From Vicinamibacterales bacterium (lineage in GTDB: Bacteria; Acidobacteriota; Vicinamibacteria; Vicinamibacterales; UBA2999), in contig JBIKUN010000007.1 of the NCBI GenBank assembly GCA_044347565.1, forward strand, positions 3,307-67,306: 64,000 nt of DNA, in the 5' to 3' direction. Position numbers and translations under genes: made by a program. This document shows positions 29,022-38,319 of the stretch, one piece after another (position 1 is the stretch's first letter; every line of letters starts with the position of its first letter). The notes beneath the pieces were generated by a model. It made no database searches, was not told the origin of the DNA, and was given only the letters and a program-made list of their open reading frames with translations.

Positions 29022-29336
29022 ATGGCGGAACCGAAGACGCGACCCACCACCGCGTCGGTGCCGGCGTTCTATCAGTGGATGCTCTCGCTCTGGGTGCTGG
29101 CCTTCGGCGTGGCCTACGCGCACGCGGGCTGGCGCGGCCGGGCTGACGGCAGCCTGCTGGCGCTCGGCGCGTTCGGCAAGGGCGTGTTCGTCGTGCTGAT
29201 GGCGTGGATGGCGTGGCGTGGTGATGTGCCGGCAACGACCGCGCTGGCGTCGCTGTCGGACCTGGTGCTGGCCGTCATCTTCGCGCACACGTGGTGGCGT
29301 GGCGCGCGTGCGCTCGCGGCGTGGGACCGCGGCTGA
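29022..29336 (+). CDS. Small integral membrane protein (3 hydrophobic segments), unknown function
   Basis: AGGAG SD 7 nt upstream, Trp-rich hydrophobic helices, GC3-rich codons. Confidence 0.5.
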   Translation: MAEPKTRPTTASVPAFYQWMLSLWVLAFGVAYAHAGWRGRADGSLLALGAFGKGVFVVLMAWMAWRGDVPATTALASLSDLVLAVIFAHTWWRGARALAAWDRG

Positions 29337-29349
29337 AGGGAGTTCTGCG

Positions 29350-30111
29350 ATGGCGATGCCCGCAAGCGGGACCTACCACTACACCGGCGTCGTGCCCGCG
29401 AAAGCCGTCGATGGCGGCTTCGAGTGCGCGATGACGAGCGCCGACCTGCCGCCGTCGCACCTGCCGGTGCTGACCGGCGCCGTACGGCTCGTGGGCCGCT
29501 CGCCCCGGCTCACGGTCCGTGACGCCGGCCTCAATCCCGACGCCGACGACGAGCGCCCGCATGTGATGCGCCACGCCTTCACGTTGCGGGCGAAGAGCCT
29601 CGATGGCGCTCAGGTGCGCTCGGCGACGTTTCACGTCGAGTCCACGGTGGTGGAGCGCATGGCGCCGGGCGACGAGCTGCACCTCGTGCGCGGGCACGAC
29701 GCCTCCCCCGGATTCTCCGTGCTGCGGGCCGGACGTCTCGTGATGGCCGCAGGGCCGCTGGCCGGCATGCCGCTCGGCGAGGGCCTCCACGTGCGCTGGC
29801 CGCACGAACTGCGCGACGAGATACTCGAGATCTTCCGCCGCCGCGATCCGGTCTACGCCGCCGCCGGGCTCACGCACGCGATCTTCCCGACGCCGCTCGA
29901 AGTGCGCGCGGGCGACGAGACGGCGCTCGTCGGCCGCCTGAAGCGCATTGTCGGCGAGGTCGAAGTGGTGCTGTCGGACCGCGCCACCGGCGCCTTCGGC
30001 ATTCCGACGGGCGTGGGTTCGATCTGCCTTGTCGGCGTCGGCTCACGCCTCGGTGTGACGCTTACGACGCAGCTCCTGCTGCAGGACGACGCGTTCGAGA
30101 TGGAGCGGTAA
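29350..30111 (+). CDS. Hypothetical cytoplasmic protein (253 aa), no family recognised
   Basis: ORF 29218..30111 trimmed to ATG 29350 (MAMPASGTYHY), preceded by AAGGGAG. Strong GC3 codon bias throughout. Confidence 0.5.
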   Translation: MAMPASGTYHYTGVVPAKAVDGGFECAMTSADLPPSHLPVLTGAVRLVGRSPRLTVRDAGLNPDADDERPHVMRHAFTLRAKSLDGAQVRSATFHVESTVVERMAPGDELHLVRGHDASPGFSVLRAGRLVMAAGPLAGMPLGEGLHVRWPHELRDEILEIFRRRDPVYAAAGLTHAIFPTPLEVRAGDETALVGRLKRIVGEVEVVLSDRATGAFGIPTGVGSICLVGVGSRLGVTLTTQLLLQDDAFEMER

Positions 30112-30209
30112 CGCGCGGGTGGCTGCGACCGCTGGCTGAACGTCGTGGACCGGCGCCGACGGCCGGACTCCACACCAACGCACCTGCCGCCGCTGACGTG
30201 GCCGGCGGC

Positions 30210-30215
30210 TATACT
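30210..30215 (+). promoter_or_regulatory. -10 box TATACT, 6 nt before ATG 30222 (leaderless candidate)
   Basis: cggcTATACTgcgccgATGtcc. Confidence 0.4.
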
Positions 30216-30221
30216 GCGCCG

Positions 30222-31310
30222 ATGTCCCGCCTGACTCGTCTCGTGCTTGCGTTCATCTTGCTCACCGCCGCGGTCTACGTGGCCGCGCCGGCCGCGCAGG
30301 CCCCGGCGCCGAAGCCGCTCGTCATCGTGCTCTCGACCGGCGGCACGATTTCCGGCAGGGGCGCCTCGTCCACGAGTCTCGCGGAATACAAGTCGGGCGA
30401 GCTGCTCGGCGAAGAGCTCGTCGCCGCCGTGCCTGAAATCAAGGACGTGGCCGAGGTGCGCGTCGAGCAGATCGCCAACGTCAGCAGCACCGACATCACC
30501 GTGGCGCACTGGCTCACGCTGGCCAACCGCATCAACCGGATCTTCGCCACGGAGCCGCGCGCCGCCGGCGTGGTCATCACCCACGGCACGAACACCATCG
30601 AGGAAACCGCCTACTTCCTCAATCTCACGGTGAAACACGACAAGCCAGTGGTGCTCGTGGGTGCGATGCGTCCCGCGTCCGCGATCAGCGCCGACGGCCC
30701 GCTCAACCTGCTGAACGGCATCCGCACGGCGATCTCGCCGGACGCCGTGGGGAAGGGCGCGCTCGTCGTGCTGAACGAAGAAGTGAACGGCGCCCGCGAC
30801 GTGCAGAAGACCAATACCTACCGCGTGGAGACCTTCCGCGCCCCGGAACTCGGCCTGCTCGGCTACGTGGATGCCGATACGGTGGCCTTCTATCGCGCTT
30901 CGCTCAAGCGGCACACGGCGCGGACGGAGTTCGACGTCCGCGGACGCACGAGCCTTCCGCCGGTCGAAATCCTCTATTCGTACGTGCAGCCGAGCACCAT
31001 CATGGCGTCCGCCCTCGCCACGAGCGGCGCGCAGGGCATCGTGTTCGCCGGCACCGGCGCCGGCCTGATCTCCACCGCCGAACGCGCGGCGCTCACGCCG
31101 CTGCTGGACCTGCCGGCTGCCACGCGGCCCGTGCTCGTGCGGTCGAACCGCACCGGCAACGGCCGCGTCGTGGCGCTTGCCGACTACGATGCGCTCGGCA
31201 TGATTCCCGGCGACAACCTCACGCCGCAGAAGGCACGCATCCTGCTGATGCTGGGCCTGACGAAGACGCGCGACCTCGCCGAGCTGCGGCGGATGTTCGC
31301 GGAATACTGA
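30222..31310 (+). CDS. ansB: Periplasmic type II L-asparaginase
   Basis: Signal peptide, STGGTISG (Thr nucleophile), ITHGTNTIEETA and GAMRPA. Confidence 0.85.
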   Translation: MSRLTRLVLAFILLTAAVYVAAPAAQAPAPKPLVIVLSTGGTISGRGASSTSLAEYKSGELLGEELVAAVPEIKDVAEVRVEQIANVSSTDITVAHWLTLANRINRIFATEPRAAGVVITHGTNTIEETAYFLNLTVKHDKPVVLVGAMRPASAISADGPLNLLNGIRTAISPDAVGKGALVVLNEEVNGARDVQKTNTYRVETFRAPELGLLGYVDADTVAFYRASLKRHTARTEFDVRGRTSLPPVEILYSYVQPSTIMASALATSGAQGIVFAGTGAGLISTAERAALTPLLDLPAATRPVLVRSNRTGNGRVVALADYDALGMIPGDNLTPQKARILLMLGLTKTRDLAELRRMFAEY

Positions 31311-31328
31311 GCGCCGCGTCGCCGCCGG

Positions 31329-31334
31329 TATACT
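31329..31334 (+). promoter_or_regulatory. -10 box TATACT immediately upstream of the 31336/31348 GTG starts
   Basis: ccggTATACTcGTGcgcagtctcGTGgtg. Confidence 0.35.
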
Positions 31335-31335
31335 C

Positions 31336-31707
31336 GTGCGCAGTCTCGTGGTGCGCCCGTCCTCCCGAATCCTGCCCGGCATCTACGCCGGCTTTGCCAC
31401 CCTGGCGCTCACCGTGATCGTCACGGCGGTCTTCGTGGGCGCCCGCGCCACCGCACAGGGCACGGTGGTCGCAGCCGGTCTTGGTTCCGGCGCGTTCGGG
31501 TTCTTCACCGTGGCGCGCGGACTCGCCGGCCCGGTGGGCGGCGCCCTGCAGTTCGCGCGGCCATGGCTCTGGTTCACCGTGTGGGCGGCCGTCGGGCTCT
31601 ATGACGGACGCTACCAGCCGATGCTGGCCTCGGCGGCGCTCGCCGTCGGCATGGCCACCTGTTACCTCATTGGCGGCGGTATCGCCGTCTTGCGGCGGCG
31701 CCCGTAG
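31336..31707 (+). CDS. Small integral membrane protein (about 4 TM), unknown function
   Basis: Hydrophobic Gly/Ala-rich helices. Start is either GTG 31336 or the in-frame GTG 31348, the latter being better spaced from the -10 box. Confidence 0.45.
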   Translation: MRSLVVRPSSRILPGIYAGFATLALTVIVTAVFVGARATAQGTVVAAGLGSGAFGFFTVARGLAGPVGGALQFARPWLWFTVWAAVGLYDGRYQPMLASAALAVGMATCYLIGGGIAVLRRRP

Positions 31708-31759
31708 CGCGGCGCGGAGATTCTGGCGGCGCGGTCGTGCAATCCGCTACGATCCCGTC

Positions 31760-32512
31760 ATGCGACGCTCCCTCGAACAGCGCCTGGACCAGATGTCGGT
31801 CCGGATGGACCAGCGCGAGCTGAAGGCCGGCGACCGGAACCTCACCTACGGCACCCTCGTGCCCAAGACGCCGGCGCCCGAGGGCGGCTATCCGCTCATC
31901 GTCGGCCTGCACTACGGCACCACGCAGGAGCCCGGCCTCTCGCCGTACTTCGGGCTCGGTTACGTCGGCCAGCTCGTGTTCCCGGCGCTCGAAGCACTGA
32001 ACGCCGTCATCGTCGCGCCCGATGCGCCCGAGTTCAGCTGGGCGCATCCAGACAGCGAAGCCGCCGTGCTGGCCGTGGTGGCGCAGGTGAAGAAGGACCA
32101 TGCGATCAACGAGAAGCAGACGCTCGTGACCGGCTTCAGCATGGGCGGGTCGGGTGCGTGGTACCTCGGCGCCACCCATCCCGAACTCTTCCGCGCGGCC
32201 ATTCCGATGGCGGCGCTGCCAATCACGACCGCGGTGCGCTCGCGCGCCGAGGCGCAGGCGGCGAGGAAGGCGCTCGACAGCGGCAGCGAGTGGGCCACGC
32301 CGCTCCTGCGCATGCCGCTCTATGTGATCCACAGCCGGGCGGACGAAACCGTGCCGATCGAGCCGCTCGAGCAGGCCGTGCAGACGCTGAAGGGCCGCGG
32401 CGCCGACATCACGACGGCCTTCATCGACGACGTGCCGCACCACATGGTGCCCGGCTTCATCGATACGCTCGAAGCCGCCACGCCGTGGATTCGCGGCGTG
32501 TGGGAGCGGTAG
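31760..32512 (+). CDS. Alpha/beta hydrolase (esterase/peptidase S9-like)
   Basis: ORF 31481..32512 trimmed to ATG 31760 (MRRSLEQRL). Nucleophile elbow GFSMGG, then a later D and H (SRADETVP, VPHHM). Confidence 0.7.
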   Translation: MRRSLEQRLDQMSVRMDQRELKAGDRNLTYGTLVPKTPAPEGGYPLIVGLHYGTTQEPGLSPYFGLGYVGQLVFPALEALNAVIVAPDAPEFSWAHPDSEAAVLAVVAQVKKDHAINEKQTLVTGFSMGGSGAWYLGATHPELFRAAIPMAALPITTAVRSRAEAQAARKALDSGSEWATPLLRMPLYVIHSRADETVPIEPLEQAVQTLKGRGADITTAFIDDVPHHMVPGFIDTLEAATPWIRGVWER

Positions 32513-32519
32513 GGCGCCC

Positions 32520-33941
32520 GTGACTCCTGAAGAGTTCCGGAAGCACGGCCACGCGGTCGTGGACTGGATTGCCGACTACCGCGCGAAGGTGGCGGAGCGG
32601 CCGGTGATGGCGCAGACGGCGCCGGGCGAGATCAAGGCCCGGCTGCCGCAGTCGCCGCCCGACCAGCCCGAGCCCTTCGAGGCGGTGCTCGCTGACCTCG
32701 ACACGATCGTGATGCCGGGGCTCTCGCACTGGCAGTCGCCCAGCTTCTTCGGCTACTTTCCCTGCAACGGCACGCTCGGTAGTGTGCTCGGCGACTACGT
32801 ATCCACCGGCCTCGGCGTGCTGGGGCTGGCGTGGCAGTCGAGCCCCGCGCTCACCGAGGTGGAAGAGGTGGCCACCGACTGGCTGCGGCAGATGGTGGGC
32901 CTGTCGGATGCCTGGCAGGGCGTCATCCAGGACACCGCGTCCACCTCCACGCTCCTGGCGCTCATCTGCGCGCGTGAACGCGTCACCAACTACGCCCTCG
33001 GGCGCGGCGGCCTGCAGGCCGAGCCGCAGGCGCTTGTCGTCTACACGTCGAGCTACAGCCACAGCTCGGTCGACAAGGCGGCGCTGCTCGCCGGCTTCGG
33101 CAAGGACAACATCCGCCACATCGCCTGCGACGGGCACTTCGCGCTGCGCCCCGACGCGCTGGCGGCGGCAATTGCCGAAGACCGCGCCGCCGGCCGCGTG
33201 CCGTGCGCGGTCGTCGCCACGACCGGCACGACCACCACAACGGCGCTCGACCCGGTGCGGGCCATCGCCGACGTCCTTCGGGATCAGATCCGGCCGGGCA
33301 TCTGGCTGCACGTCGACGCGGCCATGGCCGGCTCGGCCATGGTGCTGCCCGAATGCCGCTGGATGTGGGACGGCATCGAGGCGGCCGACTCGCTCGTGCT
33401 CAATCCGCACAAGTGGCTGGGCGCCGCCTTCGACTGCACCACCTACTTCGTGCGCGATCCCGAACACCTCGTCCGCGTGATGTCCACGAACCCGAGTTAC
33501 CTGCAGTCGTCGGCCGATGGCCGCGTGAAGAACTACCGCGACTGGGGTATTCCGCTCGGCCGGCGCTTCCGTGCGCTCAAACTGTGGTTCCTCATCCGCG
33601 AACAGGGCGTGTCGGGGCTGCAGGCGCGGCTGCGCCGCGACCTCGAGAACGCCCGCTGGCTCCGGGACCAGGTGGCGGCCACGCCGGGCTGGCGCGTGCT
33701 GGCGCCGCTGCCGCTGCAGACCCTCTGCGTGCGGCACGAGCCGCCCGGACTCACGCCCGAAGCGATGGACAGGCACACGCAGGCGTGGTGTGATCGCCTG
33801 AACCGGTCAGGGCAGGCCTACCTGACGCCGGCCACACTCGACGGGCGCTGGATGGTGCGCGTGTCGATCGGGTCGGAACACACCGAGCGCGCCGACGTCG
33901 AGCGCCTCTGGGCCGCCATGCAGGACGAGGTCACACGATGA
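32520..33941 (+). CDS. Group II PLP-dependent decarboxylase (aromatic-L-amino-acid decarboxylase-like)
   Basis: HWQSPSFFGYFP, TGTTTTTALDP and the PLP lysine in LNPHKWL. GTG start. Confidence 0.85.
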   Translation: MTPEEFRKHGHAVVDWIADYRAKVAERPVMAQTAPGEIKARLPQSPPDQPEPFEAVLADLDTIVMPGLSHWQSPSFFGYFPCNGTLGSVLGDYVSTGLGVLGLAWQSSPALTEVEEVATDWLRQMVGLSDAWQGVIQDTASTSTLLALICARERVTNYALGRGGLQAEPQALVVYTSSYSHSSVDKAALLAGFGKDNIRHIACDGHFALRPDALAAAIAEDRAAGRVPCAVVATTGTTTTTALDPVRAIADVLRDQIRPGIWLHVDAAMAGSAMVLPECRWMWDGIEAADSLVLNPHKWLGAAFDCTTYFVRDPEHLVRVMSTNPSYLQSSADGRVKNYRDWGIPLGRRFRALKLWFLIREQGVSGLQARLRRDLENARWLRDQVAATPGWRVLAPLPLQTLCVRHEPPGLTPEAMDRHTQAWCDRLNRSGQAYLTPATLDGRWMVRVSIGSEHTERADVERLWAAMQDEVTR

Positions 33942-35233
33942 GCACCACGCCTACCGCCGCCTCCAGCCCCTTCGCCACCGCTGCCGCCCGCGCCGAACAT
34001 GTCGCCCGCGGCGTGGCCGAGACCCATCCGTTCTACGTGGCGCGCGCCGAAGGCGCCCGGGTGTGGGACACGGAGGGCCGCGAATACCTCGACTTCGTGG
34101 GCGGCATCGGCGTGCTCAACACCGGCCACCGGCACCCGAAGGTCGTCGCGGCGGCCAAACGGCAGCTCGACGCCGTGATGCACACCTGCTACCAGGTGGC
34201 GAGTTACGACGTCTACACCGAGCTTGCCGCGCGGCTGAACGCGCTCGTGAGCGGCGGGCCCAACAAGACACTGCTGCTCACGACCGGCGTCGAGGCCACT
34301 GAGAACGCCGTGAAGATCGCCCGCGGCTACACCAACCGTCCGGCTGTCATCGCCTTCAACGGCGCGTTCCACGGCCGCACGCTCATGGGCCTCTCGATGA
34401 CGGCCTCGAGCACGGGCTACAAGCAGAACTTCGGGCCGTTCGCCTCGGAGGTGTATCACACGCCGTTTCCCTACGAGTACCGCGGCATCTCGACGGCGGA
34501 TGCGCTCAAGGCGCTGCAGTATCTCTTCGACACACGCGTGATGCCGTCGCAGGTGGCCGCCATCATCATCGAACCGCAGCTCGGCGAAGGCGGCTTCGTG
34601 CCGGCGCCGGCCGAGTTCATGCGCGAGCTGCGGCGGATCTGCACGGCGCACGGCATCGTGCTCATCGCCGACGAGATCCAGTGCGGCTTCGGGCGCACCG
34701 GGAAGATGTGGGCCTACGAACACTCGGGCATCGAGCCGGATCTCGTCACGATGGCCAAGAGCCTCGGCGGCGGACTGCCGCTCTCGGCAGTGACGGGCAA
34801 GGCCGTGATCATGGACGCCCCGGCGGCGGGCGGACTCGGCGGCACCTACGCCGGCAACCCCGTGGCCTGCGCCGCGGCGCTCGCCGTACTCGACGTCTTC
34901 CGCGACGAGCGCGTGCTCGAGCAGGCCGAACGGCAGGCGGCGCAGATGGCGGCAGCGCTCGTCGCGCTCAAGGCGGCGCATCCGCAGGTGGGCGACGTGC
35001 GCGGCCTTGGCGCCATGAAGGCGATCGAGATCGTGCACCCGGCCGACCAGGCCCCCGACATGGCGAGTGCCGGACGCATCGTGGACCTGTCGCGCGCGCG
35101 CGGGCTGCTGCTGCTCAAGTCGGGCACGGCGAAGAACGTGATTCGCCTGCTGCCGCCGCTCACGACGCCGGTGGACGAACTGGCGCGCGGCCTCGACATC
35201 CTCACCGGCGCGTGCCGCGAGGTCTTCGCGTGA
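33938..35233 (+). CDS. gabT: 4-aminobutyrate/omega-amine:2-oxoglutarate aminotransferase (class III)
   Basis: GIGVLNTGHRHP, LIADEIQCGFGRTG and MAKSLGGGLP. ATGA overlap with the decarboxylase stop. Confidence 0.85.
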   Translation: MSTTPTAASSPFATAAARAEHVARGVAETHPFYVARAEGARVWDTEGREYLDFVGGIGVLNTGHRHPKVVAAAKRQLDAVMHTCYQVASYDVYTELAARLNALVSGGPNKTLLLTTGVEATENAVKIARGYTNRPAVIAFNGAFHGRTLMGLSMTASSTGYKQNFGPFASEVYHTPFPYEYRGISTADALKALQYLFDTRVMPSQVAAIIIEPQLGEGGFVPAPAEFMRELRRICTAHGIVLIADEIQCGFGRTGKMWAYEHSGIEPDLVTMAKSLGGGLPLSAVTGKAVIMDAPAAGGLGGTYAGNPVACAAALAVLDVFRDERVLEQAERQAAQMAAALVALKAAHPQVGDVRGLGAMKAIEIVHPADQAPDMASAGRIVDLSRARGLLLLKSGTAKNVIRLLPPLTTPVDELARGLDILTGACREVFA

Positions 35234-36609
35234 GCGCGACCTTCGACGTGCAGAATCCGGCCACCGGCCGGTGTGTGCAAAGCGTGCCCAATGCCGGTCT
35301 CGCCGAAGCGCGGACGGCGGCAAGGAGCGCCATCGAGGCGTTTCCGGCCTGGCGCGATCGCAGCGCCTACGAACGTTCCGCCATCCTGCGCCGCTGGTTC
35401 AACCTGATGATCCAGGACGAAGACCGGCTGGCGCGCCTCATGACGGAAGAGATGGGGAAGCCCATCACCGAGTCGCGCGGCGAAGTGAAGTACGCGGCGG
35501 CGTTCGTCGAGTGGTACGCCGAAGAAGCCAAGCGTGTCTACGGCGAGACCGTGCCCAGCCAGTTCACGCACAAGCGCCTGCTCGTGCGGCCGCAGGCCGT
35601 CGGGCCCGTCTACGCGGTGACGCCGTGGAACTTCCCGGCGGCGATGGTCACGCGCAAAGCGGCGCCGGCCCTGGCCGCGGGCTGCACCGTGGTGCTGAAG
35701 CCCGCCGAGCAGTCGCCGCTCACTGCCATCCGCCTCGAAGAGTTGTGGCGCGAAGCCGGCGGCCCCGCCGATGTCTTCCAGGTGCTCACCACCGTGGAGC
35801 CGGCGCTCGTGTCGTCCGTCTTCTTCGACGATCCGGCCATCCGCAAGCTCACCTTCACCGGCAGCACCGAAGTGGGCGTGCTGCTGGCGGCGCAGGCCGC
35901 GAAAACCGTCAAGCGTGTCTCCCTCGAACTTGGCGGCCACGCGCCCTTCCTCGTCTTCGACGACGCGGATCTCGATCTCGCGGTGCGCGAGGTCGTCGCC
36001 TCGAAGTTCCGCAACACCGGCCAGACGTGCGTGTGCGCGAACCGCATCTACGTGCAGGCCGGCATCCACGATGCGTTCGCGGCAAGACTCGCCGAGGTCG
36101 TGCGCGGCCTGCGGATGGGCGATCCGCTCGATGCGGCCACCAACGTCGGCCCGCTCGTGGACCAGCAAGGGCACGACAAGGTCTCGGCGCACGTCCGTGA
36201 CGCGCTCGCGAAAGGCGCCACGGCGCTCGTCGGCGGCGCAACGCGCGAGGGGCTGTATTTCGAACCCACCGTGCTGACGGGGGTGGCGCCTGGCATGCGC
36301 ATCCTCGAAGAGGAGACCTTCGGCCCGGTGGCGCCGATCGTCCGCTTCGAGCGCGATGCCGAGGCCGTGGCGGCCGCCAACGGCACACCGTTCGGGCTGG
36401 CCGCGTATCTGTGGACGCGCGATCTGTCGCGCGCCTTCCGCGTCTCGGAAGCGCTCGACTTCGGCATCGTCGGCGTGAACGACGGCGTGCCCTCCACGCC
36501 GCAGGCGCCGTTTGGCGGCGTGAAGGCGTCGGGGCTCGGCCGTGAAGGCGGCAAGTGGGGCATCGAGGAGTACCTCGACCTCAAGTACGTGTCGATTGCG
36601 CTCGCGTAG
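35230..36609 (+). CDS. gabD: NAD(P)+-dependent succinate-semialdehyde dehydrogenase family aldehyde dehydrogenase
   Basis: ORF 34681..36609 trimmed to GTG 35230 (VSATFDVQNPATG; GTGA overlap with gabT). Motifs VTPWNFP, LELGGHAP, FRNTGQTCVCANR and EETFGPV. Confidence 0.85.
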   Translation: MSATFDVQNPATGRCVQSVPNAGLAEARTAARSAIEAFPAWRDRSAYERSAILRRWFNLMIQDEDRLARLMTEEMGKPITESRGEVKYAAAFVEWYAEEAKRVYGETVPSQFTHKRLLVRPQAVGPVYAVTPWNFPAAMVTRKAAPALAAGCTVVLKPAEQSPLTAIRLEELWREAGGPADVFQVLTTVEPALVSSVFFDDPAIRKLTFTGSTEVGVLLAAQAAKTVKRVSLELGGHAPFLVFDDADLDLAVREVVASKFRNTGQTCVCANRIYVQAGIHDAFAARLAEVVRGLRMGDPLDAATNVGPLVDQQGHDKVSAHVRDALAKGATALVGGATREGLYFEPTVLTGVAPGMRILEEETFGPVAPIVRFERDAEAVAAANGTPFGLAAYLWTRDLSRAFRVSEALDFGIVGVNDGVPSTPQAPFGGVKASGLGREGGKWGIEEYLDLKYVSIALA

Positions 36610-36648
36610 GTCAGGGGTGGCACCGCCACCGATTCCCGGAGCCTGAAC

Positions 36649-38319
36649 ATGACGGTTCGTCTCTTGCTCGCACTGCTCGTGGCCGCGTCGTTCACGGCCT
36701 GCGCCAGCCCGGCGCCCGCACCCGCCGGCGGCGACACGCCGGCGACACCCGAGGCAGACGCGACCGAACAGGCGGCGGCCTGGTGGACACACGTCGCGTT
36801 CCTCGCGCACGACGAGATGCGCGGCCGCGAAACCGGCAGCCCCGAACATCGCAAGGCCGCCAACTACGTGGCCGATGCGTTCGCTGATGCCGGCGTGCAG
36901 CCCGGCGGCAGCAGCGGCTACCTGCAGCCCGTCACCTTCCGCTCGCGGCGCATCGACGAGGCGAAGTCGAGCCTTGCGCTCGTGCGCAGGGGCAAGGCCG
37001 CGCCGGTGGTACTCGGCGACGAAGCGACCTTCAGCATGCGCATCGATCCGGCGCCCGCCGTGGAGGCCCCGCTCGTCTTTGCCGGCCACGGCCTGGTCAT
37101 CCCGGAAGTGGCGCACGACGACTTCGCCGGGCTCGACGTGAAGGGCAAGGTGGTGGTGTATCTCGCCGGCAGTCCACGCAACGTGCCGGGGGCGCTCAGC
37201 GCGCATTACCAGTCGGCGGGCGAACGCTGGGCCACGCTGAAGCGCCTCGGCGCCGTGGGCACGATCTCGCTGGCCAATCCCAGGGCGATGGACGTGCCGT
37301 GGGAACGGTCGGCGGCCAACCGGCTCAACCCGGCGATGGCGCTGGCCGACGCGTCGCTCGACGAGACCGCCGGGCAGCAGCTCTCGGTCGCGTTCAATCC
37401 GGCGAAGGCCGAGCGGCTCTTCGAGGGCTCGGGCCGCACCTTCGCCGACGTCCTGAAGATCGCCGATGAGGGCAAGGCGCTGCCGCACTTCCCGCTCACC
37501 GGCGTCGTGCGCGCGACGGTCGCGGTCGAGAGCCAGAACGTGGAATCGCAGAACGTCGTCGGCATCGTGCGCGGCCGTGATCCGGCGCTTGCCGACGAGT
37601 TCGTCGTGCTGACCGCGCACCTCGATCACGTGGGCATCGGCGCCGCGATCGATGGCGACGCCATTTACAACGGCGCGATGGACAACGCCTCGGGCATTGC
37701 CACGCTGCTCGAGTCGGCCCGGGCGATCGCGGCGGCGCGGCCGAAGCGGTCGGTGGTGTTCGTGGCGGTCACGGCGGAAGAGAAGGGCCTGCTCGGCTCG
37801 CGCTACTACGCACTCCATCCCACCGTGGCGAAGGACGGCATCGTCGCCAACATCAACATGGACATGTTCCTGCCGCTCTTCCCGCTGAAGACGCTGATGG
37901 TGCTCGGGCTCGACGAATCCGACCTCGGCGACGACGTGCGGGCGGTGACGGCGGCGATGAACGTCGGCGTGCAGGCCGACCCCGAGCCGCAGCGCAACCG
38001 CTTCATTCGCAGCGACCAGTACAGCTTCATCCGCGAAGGCGTGCCGGCGCTGGCGATGAAGGTGGGCTACGAGGAAGGCTCGCCGGAAGCGAAGATTGCG
38101 GCCGACTGGACGCGCGATCGCTACCACGCGCCGTCGGACGACCTGGATCAGCCGATCGACCGCGGTGCCGCCGCCGACTTCACGAAGATGATTGGCGACC
38201 TGTGCGTGCGCGTCGCCAACCGTGACGCCCGTCCGCAGTGGAAGGAGACGAGCTTCTTCAAGCGTTTCGCGAAGCCCGCCGTGACCGAGACCACGGCCGA
38301 GCGGCCGGGCGCGCGATGA
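36649..38319 (+). CDS. M28 family metallopeptidase with a PA domain (lipoprotein)
   Basis: Lipobox-like ..SFTAC, AHLDHVG, GAMDNASG and TAEEKGLLGS. Confidence 0.8.
   Translation: MTVRLLLALLVAASFTACASPAPAPAGGDTPATPEADATEQAAAWWTHVAFLAHDEMRGRETGSPEHRKAANYVADAFADAGVQPGGSSGYLQPVTFRSRRIDEAKSSLALVRRGKAAPVVLGDEATFSMRIDPAPAVEAPLVFAGHGLVIPEVAHDDFAGLDVKGKVVVYLAGSPRNVPGALSAHYQSAGERWATLKRLGAVGTISLANPRAMDVPWERSAANRLNPAMALADASLDETAGQQLSVAFNPAKAERLFEGSGRTFADVLKIADEGKALPHFPLTGVVRATVAVESQNVESQNVVGIVRGRDPALADEFVVLTAHLDHVGIGAAIDGDAIYNGAMDNASGIATLLESARAIAAARPKRSVVFVAVTAEEKGLLGSRYYALHPTVAKDGIVANINMDMFLPLFPLKTLMVLGLDESDLGDDVRAVTAAMNVGVQADPEPQRNRFIRSDQYSFIREGVPALAMKVGYEEGSPEAKIAADWTRDRYHAPSDDLDQPIDRGAAADFTKMIGDLCVRVANRDARPQWKETSFFKRFAKPAVTETTAERPGAR

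Noticed and set aside
37525-37554. Tandem 15-nt duplication encoding VESQN-VESQN in the M28 peptidase
   Set aside because: It is in-frame and tiny, the two copies differ only at synonymous sites, and it probably sits in a surface loop. I see no functional implication.
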